A stretch of DNA of 11,719 bases from Candidatus Rokuibacteriota bacterium (lineage in GTDB: Bacteria > Methylomirabilota > Methylomirabilia > Rokubacteriales > DASRDR01), in the NCBI GenBank assembly GCA_044866005.1, contig JBIOTN010000151.1, positions 1 to 11,719 on the forward strand, given 5' to 3'. The first letter of the stretch is position 1. Each line of letters begins with the position of its first letter. Shown one piece after another: positions 1 to 7,897 of the stretch. A program made the position numbers and the translations under genes. The notes beneath the pieces are model-generated. The model worked only from the letters and a program-made list of their open reading frames with translations. It did not search any database and had not been told where the DNA came from.

Positions 1-12
1 CCCTCGAAAGAC

Positions 13-1263
13 TCAGGCCGTCTCCGCTTTCCGCTCCGAGATCAGCACCGGCCGCTCGAGGCCGAGGATGACCTCGCGCGTGATGATGCACTCCGTCAGC
101 CCCTGGATCGACGGCAGCTCGTACATCACGTCGAGCATGACGTCCTCCAGGATCGCCCGCAGGCCGCGCGCGCCCGTGCCTCGCTTGAGCGCCTCGCCGG
201 CGATGGCGACGGCGGCGTCCTCGGTGAACTTCAGGCGCACCTTCTCCAGCTCGAAGTACTTCTGGTACTGCTTGAGGATCGCGTTCTTCGGCTCGCGCAG
301 GATCCGGACGAGCGCCGCCTCCTCCAGGTCGTGGAGCGTGGCCACCACGGGCAGGCGACCGACGAACTCGGGGATGAGACCGAACTTCAGGAGGTCCTCC
401 GGCTGCGCCATGGCCAGGAGGTTCACGTTCTTCCGCTCCTCGCGGGTCTTGATCTCGGCGCCGAAGCCCATGCCCGACTTGCCGATCCGCCCCTCGATGA
501 TCTTGTCCAGTCCGACGAAGGCGCCGCCGCAGACGAAGAGGATGTTCGTCGTGTCGACCTGGATGAACTCCTGATGGGGGTGCTTCCGCCCGCCCTGGGG
601 CGGCACGTTCGCTACCGTGCCCTCCAGGATCTTCAGGAGCGCCTGCTGCACGCCTTCCCCCGACACGTCCCGCGTGATCGAGGGGTTCTCCGACTTCCGC
701 GCGATCTTGTCGATCTCGTCGATGTAGACGATGCCGCGCTCGGCCCGCTCCACGTCGTAGTCCGCCGCCTGCAGCAGGCGGAGGATGATGTTCTCCACGT
801 CCTCGCCGACGTACCCGGCTTCGGTCAGGCTCGTCGCGTCGGCGATGGTGAACGGGACGTGCAGGATCTTGGCGAGGGTCTGGGCGAGCAGCGTCTTCCC
901 CGACCCGGTCGGTCCGATCAGCAGGATGTTCGACTTCTGGAGCTCGACCTCGCCGGAGTCCGAGCCGGCCTCCACCCGCTTGTAGTGGTTGTGGACGGCC
1001 ACCGCGAGGATCTTCTTCGCCCGCTCCTGGTCCACCACGTACTGATCCAGGATGGCCTTGATCTCGGACGGCTTCGGCAGGCTGCGGATCTCGCGGCTGC
1101 GCTCCTCCTCCCACTCCTCCGCGATGATGTCGTTGCAGAGCTCGATGCATTCGTCACAGATGTAGACCGTCGGGCCGGCAATCAGCTTCCTGACGTCGTT
1201 CTGGCTCTTGCCGCAGAACGAGCATTTGAGGACGCCGCCGTTTGCCTCGCGCGATCGGGCCAT
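13..1263 (-). CDS. clpX: ATP-dependent Clp protease ATP-binding subunit ClpX
   Basis: N-terminal C4 zinc domain CSFC-x18-CDEC, Walker A GPTGSGKT, Walker [14 protein letters not shown] pore loop, RKH loop, MGF (IGF-type) ClpP-docking loop, GARGLR sensor II; SD AGGGAGG upstream of ATG; directly downstream of clpP. Confidence 0.99.
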   Translation of the reverse strand: MARSREANGGVLKCSFCGKSQNDVRKLIAGPTVYICDECIELCNDIIAEEWEEERSREIRSLPKPSEIKAILDQYVVDQERAKKILAVAVHNHYKRVEAGSDSGEVELQKSNILLIGPTGSGKTLLAQTLAKILHVPFTIADATSLTEAGYVGEDVENIILRLLQAADYDVERAERGIVYIDEIDKIARKSENPSITRDVSGEGVQQALLKILEGTVANVPPQGGRKHPHQEFIQVDTTNILFVCGGAFVGLDKIIEGRIGKSGMGFGAEIKTREERKNVNLLAMAQPEDLLKFGLIPEFVGRLPVVATLHDLEEAALVRILREPKNAILKQYQKYFELEKVRLKFTEDAAVAIAGEALKRGTGARGLRAILEDVMLDVMYELPSIQGLTECIITREVILGLERPVLISERKAETA

Positions 1264-1283
1264 GCATGCCCTCCCTGTGAGCC

Positions 1284-1922
1284 CTACCCCTTGCGGCCGT
1301 CTCCCGCGCCGACGGCGGCCTGCGCCGTCTTCAACATGGGGACGTGCGACGAGATCACGTGGTCCACGAGCCCGTACTCCTTGGCCTGCTCGGCGGTCAT
1401 GAAGAAATCGCGATCCGAGTCTTGCCGGACCCGCTCGATCGGCTGCCCGGTGTGCTGCACCAGGATCCGGTTCAGCTCGTCCCGGATGCGGAGGATCTCG
1501 CGCGCCTGGATGTCGATGTCGGTGGCCTGGCCCTGCACGCCCCCCAACGGCTGGTGGAGCATGATCCGGGAGTGCGGGAGGGCGAATCGCTTGCCCTTCG
1601 CCCCCGCGCAGAGAAGGAGCGCGCCCATGGAGGCCGCCTGGCCCATGCAGATCGTCGCTACCGCCGGCTTGATGTACTGCATCGTGTCGTAGATGGCGAG
1701 ACCCGCCGTCACCGACCCGCCCGGGCTGTTGACGTAGAGGTAGACGTCCTTGTCGGCGTCCTCCGCCTCCAGGAACAGGAGCTGCGCGATGACCAGGTTC
1801 GCCATGTCGTCTTCGATGTAGCTCGGCAGGAAGATGATGCGCTCCTTGAGGAGCCGCGAGAAGATGTCGAACGCGCGCTCGCCGCGCGGCGTCTGCTCGA
1901 CGACCATCGGCACCAGCCCCAC
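1284..1922 (-). CDS. clpP: ATP-dependent Clp protease proteolytic subunit ClpP
   Basis: [24 protein letters not shown]-terminus, YVNSPGG, catalytic Ser in GQAASMG, His in MLHQP, Asp in DRDFFM; GTG start preceded by AGGAGGT overlapping the tig stop codon. Confidence 0.99.
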   Translation of the reverse strand: MGLVPMVVEQTPRGERAFDIFSRLLKERIIFLPSYIEDDMANLVIAQLLFLEAEDADKDVYLYVNSPGGSVTAGLAIYDTMQYIKPAVATICMGQAASMGALLLCAGAKGKRFALPHSRIMLHQPLGGVQGQATDIDIQAREILRIRDELNRILVQHTGQPIERVRQDSDRDFFMTAEQAKEYGLVDHVISSHVPMLKTAQAAVGAGDGRKG

Positions 1923-1932
1923 GGGATACCTC

Positions 1933-3207
1933 CTACTGCTCGGGTTGACGTTCGGCCTGCTCGATCAAGAGAGCGAGCACCTTCGCCTCGCGGAGCCGGC
2001 GCCGCAGGCCGTCGAGGTCCCCGCCGCGCTCGAGGAGGGCCCGCACCGCCCGGGGCGCCCGGCCCGACTCGCGGGCGAGCCGCGCGATCTCCGTCTCGAC
2101 CTCGGCCTCGCTGACCGTGATCTCTTCCTTCTCCGCGATCGCCTCCTCGAGGAGCGCCCAGCGCACGGCCCGCTCCGCCACCGGCCTGAGGTCGGCGCTC
2201 AGCTTGGCGTAATCCCAGGGGATGCGCTCGGGGTCGACGCCTTCCCGGCTCATCTGCGCCTGCAGGCGGCCGATGCGAAGGGCGATGTCGCGGAGCACGA
2301 GGCTCTCGGGCAGGGCGAAGTCGTGGCGCGCCAGCACGGCGTCGACGACCGCCTCCTCGAGCGCGAGCCGGTCCTGCCGCTCGCGCTGGATGGCGAGCTC
2401 CTGTCGGATCGCCTCGCGCAGCTCGGCCAGGGTCTGGTGCGCGCCCAGGGCCCGCGCGAACTCGTCATCCAGCGTCGGCAGCTCTTTCTCCTTGACCTCG
2501 ACGACCCGCAGCGAGAGCGCCGCCGACTTGCCTCGCAGGTCCTCCCGCGGGTGCCGCTCCGGGAAACGGACGGTCAGGCGCCGCTCGTCGCCCGCGCCCA
2601 CCCCGATCACCGCCTCGTCCATCTCGGGGAGCACCCGCCCCCTGCCGACCTGGAAGCCGTAGCCCTGCTCGGTCCGCGGCTCGGCCCCCTCGGGCTCGAC
2701 CGTGTAGTCCACGACCACGTGGTCGCCCTCCCGAGCCGGCCGCGACACCGTGACGAGCGTGGCGTGCCGGTCGGCGAGGCTCGCCAGCGCGGCCTCGACG
2801 TCGGCGTCGGTGAGAGGCGCGGGGCGGTGGCGGACCGGGAGCCCGCGATACTCGCCGGGCGTGATGCTCGGTCTGATCTCGACGACCGCGGTGAAGCGGA
2901 GGGGCTGGCCCTCCTCGAGCTGGAGGTCGTGGACGTGCGGCTCGTCCACCGGGTGAAGGCGCGTCTCGTCGAGCGCGCGCCGGTAGACGTCGGGGATGAG
3001 CTCTTCGGCGACGGCGCGGCGCACCTCGTCCGCGAAGTGCGCCCGCACGAGCGACCGCGGGACCTTCCCGCGCCGGAAGCCCGGCAACCGCGCCTGCCGC
3101 TGGATACGCCCGTACGCGGCCTCCCAGGCCGCGGTGACCTCGCTCTCCGGCGCTTCCACCCGCAGCTGGCGCTTGCAGGGCTCGAGCTCTTGCACCTCAA
3201 CCTTCAT
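1933..3207 (-). CDS. tig: Trigger factor (424 aa from ATG at 3207)
   Basis: [18 protein letters not shown] start, ribosome-binding motif [12 protein letters not shown]-like middle domain, [10 protein letters not shown] motif; tig-clpP-clpX synteny. The ORF-track start at 3297 adds 30 non-homologous residues. Confidence 0.97.
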   Translation of the reverse strand: MKVEVQELEPCKRQLRVEAPESEVTAAWEAAYGRIQRQARLPGFRRGKVPRSLVRAHFADEVRRAVAEELIPDVYRRALDETRLHPVDEPHVHDLQLEEGQPLRFTAVVEIRPSITPGEYRGLPVRHRPAPLTDADVEAALASLADRHATLVTVSRPAREGDHVVVDYTVEPEGAEPRTEQGYGFQVGRGRVLPEMDEAVIGVGAGDERRLTVRFPERHPREDLRGKSAALSLRVVEVKEKELPTLDDEFARALGAHQTLAELREAIRQELAIQRERQDRLALEEAVVDAVLARHDFALPESLVLRDIALRIGRLQAQMSREGVDPERIPWDYAKLSADLRPVAERAVRWALLEEAIAEKEEITVSEAEVETEIARLARESGRAPRAVRALLERGGDLDGLRRRLREAKVLALLIEQAERQPEQ

Positions 3208-3336
3208 GCGTGGGTCGTCCTGTTCCGGTCGCCCCGCGGCCGCCCGCCGTTCCGGGCTGACGACACGCCGCCCCCCGGCGACCATGCGGTCGCGCACGGG
3301 ACGGGAGGCGGCAAGAACGGCTCGTTACGGAAGGTT

Positions 3337-3423
3337 TGGTGCGAGAGGGGGGAGTTGAACCCCCAAGGGATTTCGCCCACTGGATCCTAAGTCCAGCGCG
3401 TCTGCCAGTTCCGCCACTCTCGC
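3337..3423 (-). tRNA. tRNA-Leu(TAG), encoded CCA
   Basis: Reverse complement GCGAGAG TG GCGGAACTGGCAGACGC G CTGGA CT-TAG-GA TCCAG, long variable arm TGGGCGAAATCCCTT, GGGGG TTCAACT CCCCC CTCTCGC A CCA; complete cloverleaf, 87 nt. Confidence 0.98.
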
Positions 3424-3435
3424 GGTTCCCAAGCA

Positions 3436-3454
3436 TGGAGGAGTCGCACCTCCA
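3436..3454 (-). repeat. Degenerate direct-repeat copy of the tRNA-Lys T-arm (att-like scar)
   Basis: tggaggagtcgcacctcca (3436-3454) versus tggaggagtcgaacctcca (9018-9036): 18/19 identical, same orientation; weaker similarity continues on both sides. Confidence 0.75.
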
Positions 3455-3486
3455 CCTTGCCGACTCGAGCCCCTCCAGGCCCCCTG

Positions 3487-3515
3487 AGTATACCGAAGAC
3501 GTCCGAACCCCGCAA
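3487..3515 (-). promoter_or_regulatory. Sigma70-type promoter for tRNA-Leu-tig-clpP-clpX
   Basis: Minus strand TTGCGG (3515-3510) - 17 nt - TATACT (3492-3487), about 64 nt upstream of tRNA-Leu. Confidence 0.7.
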
Positions 3516-3541
3516 GAAACCGGCCCGCGGTCCTGCGGGGC

Positions 3542-4600
3542 TCAGCCGCCCGCGGCGTGGGGCGCGCCGCCGGCCAGCTCGGCGATGGTCAGCTCGAGCC
3601 CGGCGACGACGCGCGCGAGCCGCTCGTAGTCGATCCTGTCCGGCGTGTCCGCGGCCGTGTGGTACTCACGGTAGCGGTACGGGGCGGTGTCGGTCACCAT
3701 CACGCCCGGATACCCGGCTTCCCAGAACGCCCAGTGATCGGACCATCCGACCCCGGGGACGACGTTGGGGATCGCCAGGCCCTCGGACGGAAAGCGGGCG
3801 TGCGCGCGGAAGGCGCGGATGGCGTCCCTGACCTGACCGCGCGAGCCGAGGTTCCCGATGAAGGCCAGGAAGTTTCCGGTCGACGGGTAGACCCAGCCGA
3901 AGGGGATCGGATAGCGCTGGCTCCCCGCCGCATCGGAATAGTAGCCGATCGTCTCGAGGCTCAACATCGTGACGACCCGCTCCTGGCGGGCCCGGAGCGC
4001 CCTCGCGTAGACCAGGCTACCCATCTGCGGCTGCTGGAAGTAGATCTCCTCGTTGGCGAACGCGACGAAGCGCACGGTGCGCGCGGGGGCGCGACGTGCG
4101 AACCGGCGGGCCAGGGCGAGCACTGCCGCGGTGCCGGTGGCGTTGTCGTTCGCCCCCGGGCTTCCGATGATCGAGTCGTAGTGCGCCCCGACCACGACGA
4201 CCTCCGCCGGGCGGCTCCCGCCACGACGCTCGACCTCCAGGTTGTGAAAGACGCGCTCCACCGGGAGCCCGTGAGACGCCTCCGGGCTCACCTCGTAGGT
4301 CTGTCGACGGACCTCGTAGCCGGCCCGCCCCAGCGCGTCTTCGAGATACGCGACGGCCCGCGCCAGGTTGTCGGGCTGCAGCAGGTGGCGTTCCCCGATG
4401 TCGCCCGCGAGCACGGCGACGTGCCCCCGCAGCTCCTCGCGGAGGTCGCGCTCGGCGTCGCTGAGCGGCAGCAGGGGACCACGGTAGCTCGTGCCCGGCA
4501 TCCGGAGCATCGTGAACCCGCCCGCGGCCGCGACCAGGAGCAGGAGGAAGACCGCGAGCCGGCCGAGCGCCGCGCGGGTCACGCGCGGGAGACGGGTCAC
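3542..4600 (-). CDS. M28-family metallopeptidase (YfbL-like) with N-terminal membrane anchor/signal
   Basis: VVVVGAHYDS, PGANDNATG, FANEE, LETIGY, SDH and YHTAADT motifs typical of M28 zinc peptidases; hydrophobic LAVFLLLLVAAAGG near the N-terminus. Start may instead be GTG at 4582. Confidence 0.9.
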   Translation of the reverse strand: MTRLPRVTRAALGRLAVFLLLLVAAAGGFTMLRMPGTSYRGPLLPLSDAERDLREELRGHVAVLAGDIGERHLLQPDNLARAVAYLEDALGRAGYEVRRQTYEVSPEASHGLPVERVFHNLEVERRGGSRPAEVVVVGAHYDSIIGSPGANDNATGTAAVLALARRFARRAPARTVRFVAFANEEIYFQQPQMGSLVYARALRARQERVVTMLSLETIGYYSDAAGSQRYPIPFGWVYPSTGNFLAFIGNLGSRGQVRDAIRAFRAHARFPSEGLAIPNVVPGVGWSDHWAFWEAGYPGVMVTDTAPYRYREYHTAADTPDRIDYERLARVVAGLELTIAELAGGAPHAAGG

Positions 4601-4642
4601 CTCCGGCGTTCCGGTCGCGTCCGGTGAAACGGGGCGCCCGCC

Positions 4643-5254
4643 TCAGGCGGCGCGGCGCTCGGGCGACCCGTAGCGATCCAGGAGCCGGGGGCGTGAGATC
4701 CACGCCTGGCCGGCCCGGGGGTACGTGGATGCCCGCAACCGGCGCCAACCGGCCGGGTGCAGCGAGGCGAGGAGCGCCCGCTGGAAGGCGGCGACGAGCG
4801 CCGGCCACGTCACGGTGGCGCCGCCGTCGAAACCGAACCGGCGGAGCTTCCGGTGAAAGATCGTGGTGGCGCCGAAGGCCCGGACGTCGCCGAAACGGCC
4901 CCCGGGCACCGCCAGGGCCGCGAGGGCGCGGAGGGAGACGAAGAATTGACGCCGGAACTCGAGCCCGACCCCCATCGGACGCCGGCCGGTACAATGAAGC
5001 TGAGCCACGCGCTCGTTGTTGAGGTGGAGGATCCCGATGCGATCCCCAGGCCGGACGACGGTCCCATCGCCCAGCTCGAGCCGCCGGCGACTCCGGCGCA
5101 CCTCGACCCGCAGGATGGGGCCGACCTGCGACGCCGCGCGATCCAGACCGTGCACGCGGCGATACAGCCGGTCGTAGGCGGCAATGGCCCAGTCGGCCGA
5201 TTCTTCCGCAAGGCTCGCGGCCGTCAATTCGCTCCTCGCCGACGACGCCCCCAC
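4643..5254 (-). CDS. YkoP-like domain protein (function unknown)
   Basis: LELGDGTVVRPGDRIGILHLNNE, SLRALA and TTIFHRKLRRFGF match my recollection of the Bacillus YkoP-like domain; GTG at 5254 follows AGGAGGAGG (5267-5259). Alternative starts: TTG 5227 or 5296. Confidence 0.7.
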   Translation of the reverse strand: MGASSARSELTAASLAEESADWAIAAYDRLYRRVHGLDRAASQVGPILRVEVRRSRRRLELGDGTVVRPGDRIGILHLNNERVAQLHCTGRRPMGVGLEFRRQFFVSLRALAALAVPGGRFGDVRAFGATTIFHRKLRRFGFDGGATVTWPALVAAFQRALLASLHPAGWRRLRASTYPRAGQAWISRPRLLDRYGSPERRAA

Positions 5255-5312
5255 TGCGCCTCCTCCTAGCGTAAGGCGAGCCGGCGGTCTACGCAAGAAC
5301 CCCTAGGCCAAC

Positions 5313-6470
5313 ATGGACGCGCTGCTCGCCTTCCATGTCGTCGTCGGCTTCACCCTCGCGGCCCTCGCCGCCAACGCGCTCCTCAATCACCGTCGACTCC
5401 CGCGCCTCGAACAGGCCCGACCTCCGGCACGGCCGCCCCGCATCGCGGTCCTCATCCCGGCGCGGAACGAAGCCCCACGGATCGCGGCCGCCGTGCAGGG
5501 CTGGGCGGCTCAGGTCTACCCGGACTACGAGGTGGTCGTCTACGACGACGAGTCCACGGACGCGACCGCGGCGCGGGCCCGTGCCGCGGCCCGTGGCGCG
5601 CCGCGGGTGCGGGTGGTCCGCGGGGGCGGCCTGCCGCCGGGCTGGCGGGGCAAGCCGTGGGCGTGCCATCGGCTGCGCGCCGAGACGCGCGCCGAGGTCC
5701 TGGTCTTCGCCGACGCCGACGTGCGACCGGCGCCTCCCGCCCTGGCGAGCCTGGCCGCGTCCCTGTCGACGCTCGGCGTGGACGCGCTCTCCGCCATCCC
5801 CGCCCACCGGAGCCCCAGCGCGGCGGTCCGCGCGCTCACGCCGATCCAGAGCTGGGCGCCGCTCGCCTTCATCCCGGCGTGGCTCCCCGCCGTGGCGCGC
5901 CGCCCGCTCTTCGCGGCGCTGAACGGGCAGCTCATCGCCGTCCGGGCCACCGCGTACGACGCCGTCGGCGGATTCGCCGCGGTCCGGCAGAGCCTCGCCG
6001 AGGACGCCGCGCTCGGCCGACGGCTCGCCGCCGGCGGTCATGGCGTGCGGCTGCTCGACGGCTCGCGCCTGCTCAGCTGCCGCTCGTACGCGAGTCTCCG
6101 GGAACTCTGGCGCGCGAACGTGCGGAACCTCCTTCCGGTCTTCTTCGGCTCGGGGAGCTTCCTCGTGTTCGCGGCCGCCGGCCTGGCGATCCTCTACCTC
6201 GGCCCGCCCTTCCTGCTCCTGCTCGGCGTCGTCCGGGGTGGGGCGGCCGGGCCGTGGATCTGGCTTCCCCTCGCCGAGATCGGGCTCGGCCTGGTCCCGC
6301 GGCTCTACGCCGACCGCCGCGCCGGATACCCGGTCGGCCTCGCGCTGCTGCACCCGGTCGCGGTCGCCGCCCTGGTCGCGATGAGCCTGCACTCGCTGGT
6401 CCGCTTCCGGTGGCAAGGCACCGTGGAATGGCGCGGGCGCCGCTACGAGGTGGACGACGGCGCGGCCTGA
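5313..6470 (+). CDS. Membrane-bound family 2 glycosyltransferase (CrtQ/CruC/HpnB-like clade)
   Basis: N-terminal TM helix, IPARNE, YDDESTD, LPPGWRGKPWAC, FADAD (DxD), NGQ, EDAALG; three C-terminal TM segments and VEWRGRRY end. Confidence 0.92.
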   Translation: MDALLAFHVVVGFTLAALAANALLNHRRLPRLEQARPPARPPRIAVLIPARNEAPRIAAAVQGWAAQVYPDYEVVVYDDESTDATAARARAAARGAPRVRVVRGGGLPPGWRGKPWACHRLRAETRAEVLVFADADVRPAPPALASLAASLSTLGVDALSAIPAHRSPSAAVRALTPIQSWAPLAFIPAWLPAVARRPLFAALNGQLIAVRATAYDAVGGFAAVRQSLAEDAALGRRLAAGGHGVRLLDGSRLLSCRSYASLRELWRANVRNLLPVFFGSGSFLVFAAAGLAILYLGPPFLLLLGVVRGGAAGPWIWLPLAEIGLGLVPRLYADRRAGYPVGLALLHPVAVAALVAMSLHSLVRFRWQGTVEWRGRRYEVDDGAA

Positions 6471-6488
6471 GCGCGCCGGGCCCGCGGG

Positions 6489-7241
6489 TCAGCGGCAGTC
6501 GGCGATCAGGCCGAGCAGCCGCTCGCGCCGCTCGGGCGGCAGCGGGTCGGCGCGGAGCCATCGGCAGAACTCCGCGGGCCGCTCCACGGCCCAGCGCGCC
6601 ACCTTCGCGGTGACGGCAAAGCCCTCGGTGAGCTTCCGGTCGGCCACTCCGCCGAAGAGCGGGATGAGGAGCCGGGCCAGCACCGCCGCCGCCCGGTTCT
6701 CGATCCGGACGTAGGCCTCGATCCGCTGCTCGATCGCGCCGTCGTGCTCCTCGAACTCCAGCACGCTGAGGGCGCTGCCCCCGATCGTCCCCAGGATGCT
6801 GCCGCTGTGCTCGCCCCACGAGAGGATGACCCGGCGGCCCGGCTCGCGCAGCAGCACGTGGTAGAGCCCGCGAGCGCCGGTGTGGTCGTCGGCCACGTAC
6901 CAGTCGCGCTCGACCACGCGGACCTCGTACTCGGCGAGCTTCAGCAAACGCGCGGCCGCGGCGGTGACGTCGGGCGCGTCGACGAAGGCGGCATAGAGGT
7001 CGGCCGGCACGTGGGCCGACGGGCCCTGCACCCGCCGGACGAGGGTGGGATCCGTCCACACGCGCTCGATCCCGTCCACGATGGCGGGCGAGAAGGCTTC
7101 GCGGCCGGGCAGGAACGGGGGCCAGTCGCGGCCGCTGTTGCTTGCGGCCGTCAGGATCAGGACGCCCAGCGTCGTCGCGCGGAAATTTCTCTTGGCGCTC
7201 GGCCGGCCAGATGTGCGACAGTGCCAGCCCGAGGTGCCCAT
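6489..7241 (-). CDS. Conserved-looking hypothetical protein, possibly exported, possibly helix-grip (START-like) fold
   Basis: Normal amino-acid composition unlike the shadow ORFs; short basic-plus-hydrophobic segment KRNFRATTLGVLILTAAS; beta-rich middle followed by a long C-terminal helix; ATG at 7241 has AGGAG 4 nt upstream. Start and fold are uncertain. Confidence 0.7.
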   Translation of the reverse strand: MGTSGWHCRTSGRPSAKRNFRATTLGVLILTAASNSGRDWPPFLPGREAFSPAIVDGIERVWTDPTLVRRVQGPSAHVPADLYAAFVDAPDVTAAAARLLKLAEYEVRVVERDWYVADDHTGARGLYHVLLREPGRRVILSWGEHSGSILGTIGGSALSVLEFEEHDGAIEQRIEAYVRIENRAAAVLARLLIPLFGGVADRKLTEGFAVTAKVARWAVERPAEFCRWLRADPLPPERRERLLGLIADCR

Positions 7242-7830
7242 GAAGCTCCTGGCTCTGCTCTTCGTCCTCACCGGTCTCTCAGCGTCCGCGGTCGGCGTGA
7301 CGCCCAGCCCGCTCTCGGAGGACCAGCAGCGACGACTCGTGGACGGCCACGTGGTCGTGCTCGACCTCCTGCCGCCGGGCGGCGACGCCAGGTCGAGCCA
7401 GGGCGGGACGGCGCTCGGCGTCGTCCGTGCCCCGGGCGACGTCGTCTGGCGCCTGCTGGTCGACTATCCGCGCCACGCCGGCCTCTACCCCGGGGTCGTC
7501 GACGCCGCGGTCCTCGAGTCGGACGCCGACCGCGCGCTGGTCCGTTACGTCGTGGGCGTGGGGCCGCTGTCGTTCGGCTTCCACGTCAACAATCATGCCG
7601 ATGCGGGGCAGCGACGGCTGAGCTGGCGGCTGGCCCACGACCGGCCGAACGATCTCTTCCGCGAGAGCTGGGGCTACTGGCAGATCACGCCCGCGCGGGA
7701 CGGCGTCCTCGTCACCTACGCCATGGCCGCCCGCACGGTGCTGCCGGCCTTTCTCACCCGCGGCGTGGAGCGGGCGGGGCTCGTCGAGACCCTCAAGGCC
7801 GTGCGGGGCCGGGCCGAGCAGGGCGCGTAG
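7240..7830 (+). CDS. SRPBCC/START (polyketide cyclase-like) family protein with signal peptide
   Basis: ATG 7240 after GAGGTG; signal peptide MKLLALLFVLTGLSASA; VRAPGDVVWRLLVDYPRHAGLYPGV, GYWQITP and C-terminal helix pattern typical of SRPBCC. The ORF-track start at 7045 is unlikely. Confidence 0.85.
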   Translation: MKLLALLFVLTGLSASAVGVTPSPLSEDQQRRLVDGHVVVLDLLPPGGDARSSQGGTALGVVRAPGDVVWRLLVDYPRHAGLYPGVVDAAVLESDADRALVRYVVGVGPLSFGFHVNNHADAGQRRLSWRLAHDRPNDLFRESWGYWQITPARDGVLVTYAMAARTVLPAFLTRGVERAGLVETLKAVRGRAEQGA

Positions 7831-7897
7831 CGGTCACCGGCGGCCCCGCGCGGCGCGCACCTCGGTCACCGGCGGCCCCGCGCGGCGCGCACCTCGG
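7831..7897. repeat. Perfect 32-bp tandem duplication
   Basis: cggtcaccggcggccccgcgcggcgcgcacct at 7831-7862 and 7863-7894, plus cgg; duplicates the last codons and stop of the 7866-8906 gene. Confidence 0.97.

Noticed and set aside
3208..3297. 30-aa N-terminal extension of trigger factor
   Set aside because: Homology begins at MKVEVQ (3207), which has AGGA upstream; the extension is probably untranslated spacer.
331..3390. Long plus-strand ORFs 331-1692, 1344-2114 and 1834-3390
   Set aside because: Antisense shadows of clpX, clpP and tig; no recognisable motifs.
5313..6470. Assigning gene symbol crtQ, cruC or hpnB
   Set aside because: Motifs define the clade but not the substrate, and no carotenoid or hopanoid pathway genes are adjacent.
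7209..7227. TGGCAC on the minus strand as a sigma54 promoter (likewise TGGCACG at 9686-9680)
   Set aside because: No GC at the required 10-nt spacing after the GG in either case.
7831..7897. Possible CRISPR mini-array (32-bp repeats)
   Set aside because: Copies abut with no spacer, overlap coding sequence, and no cas genes are present.
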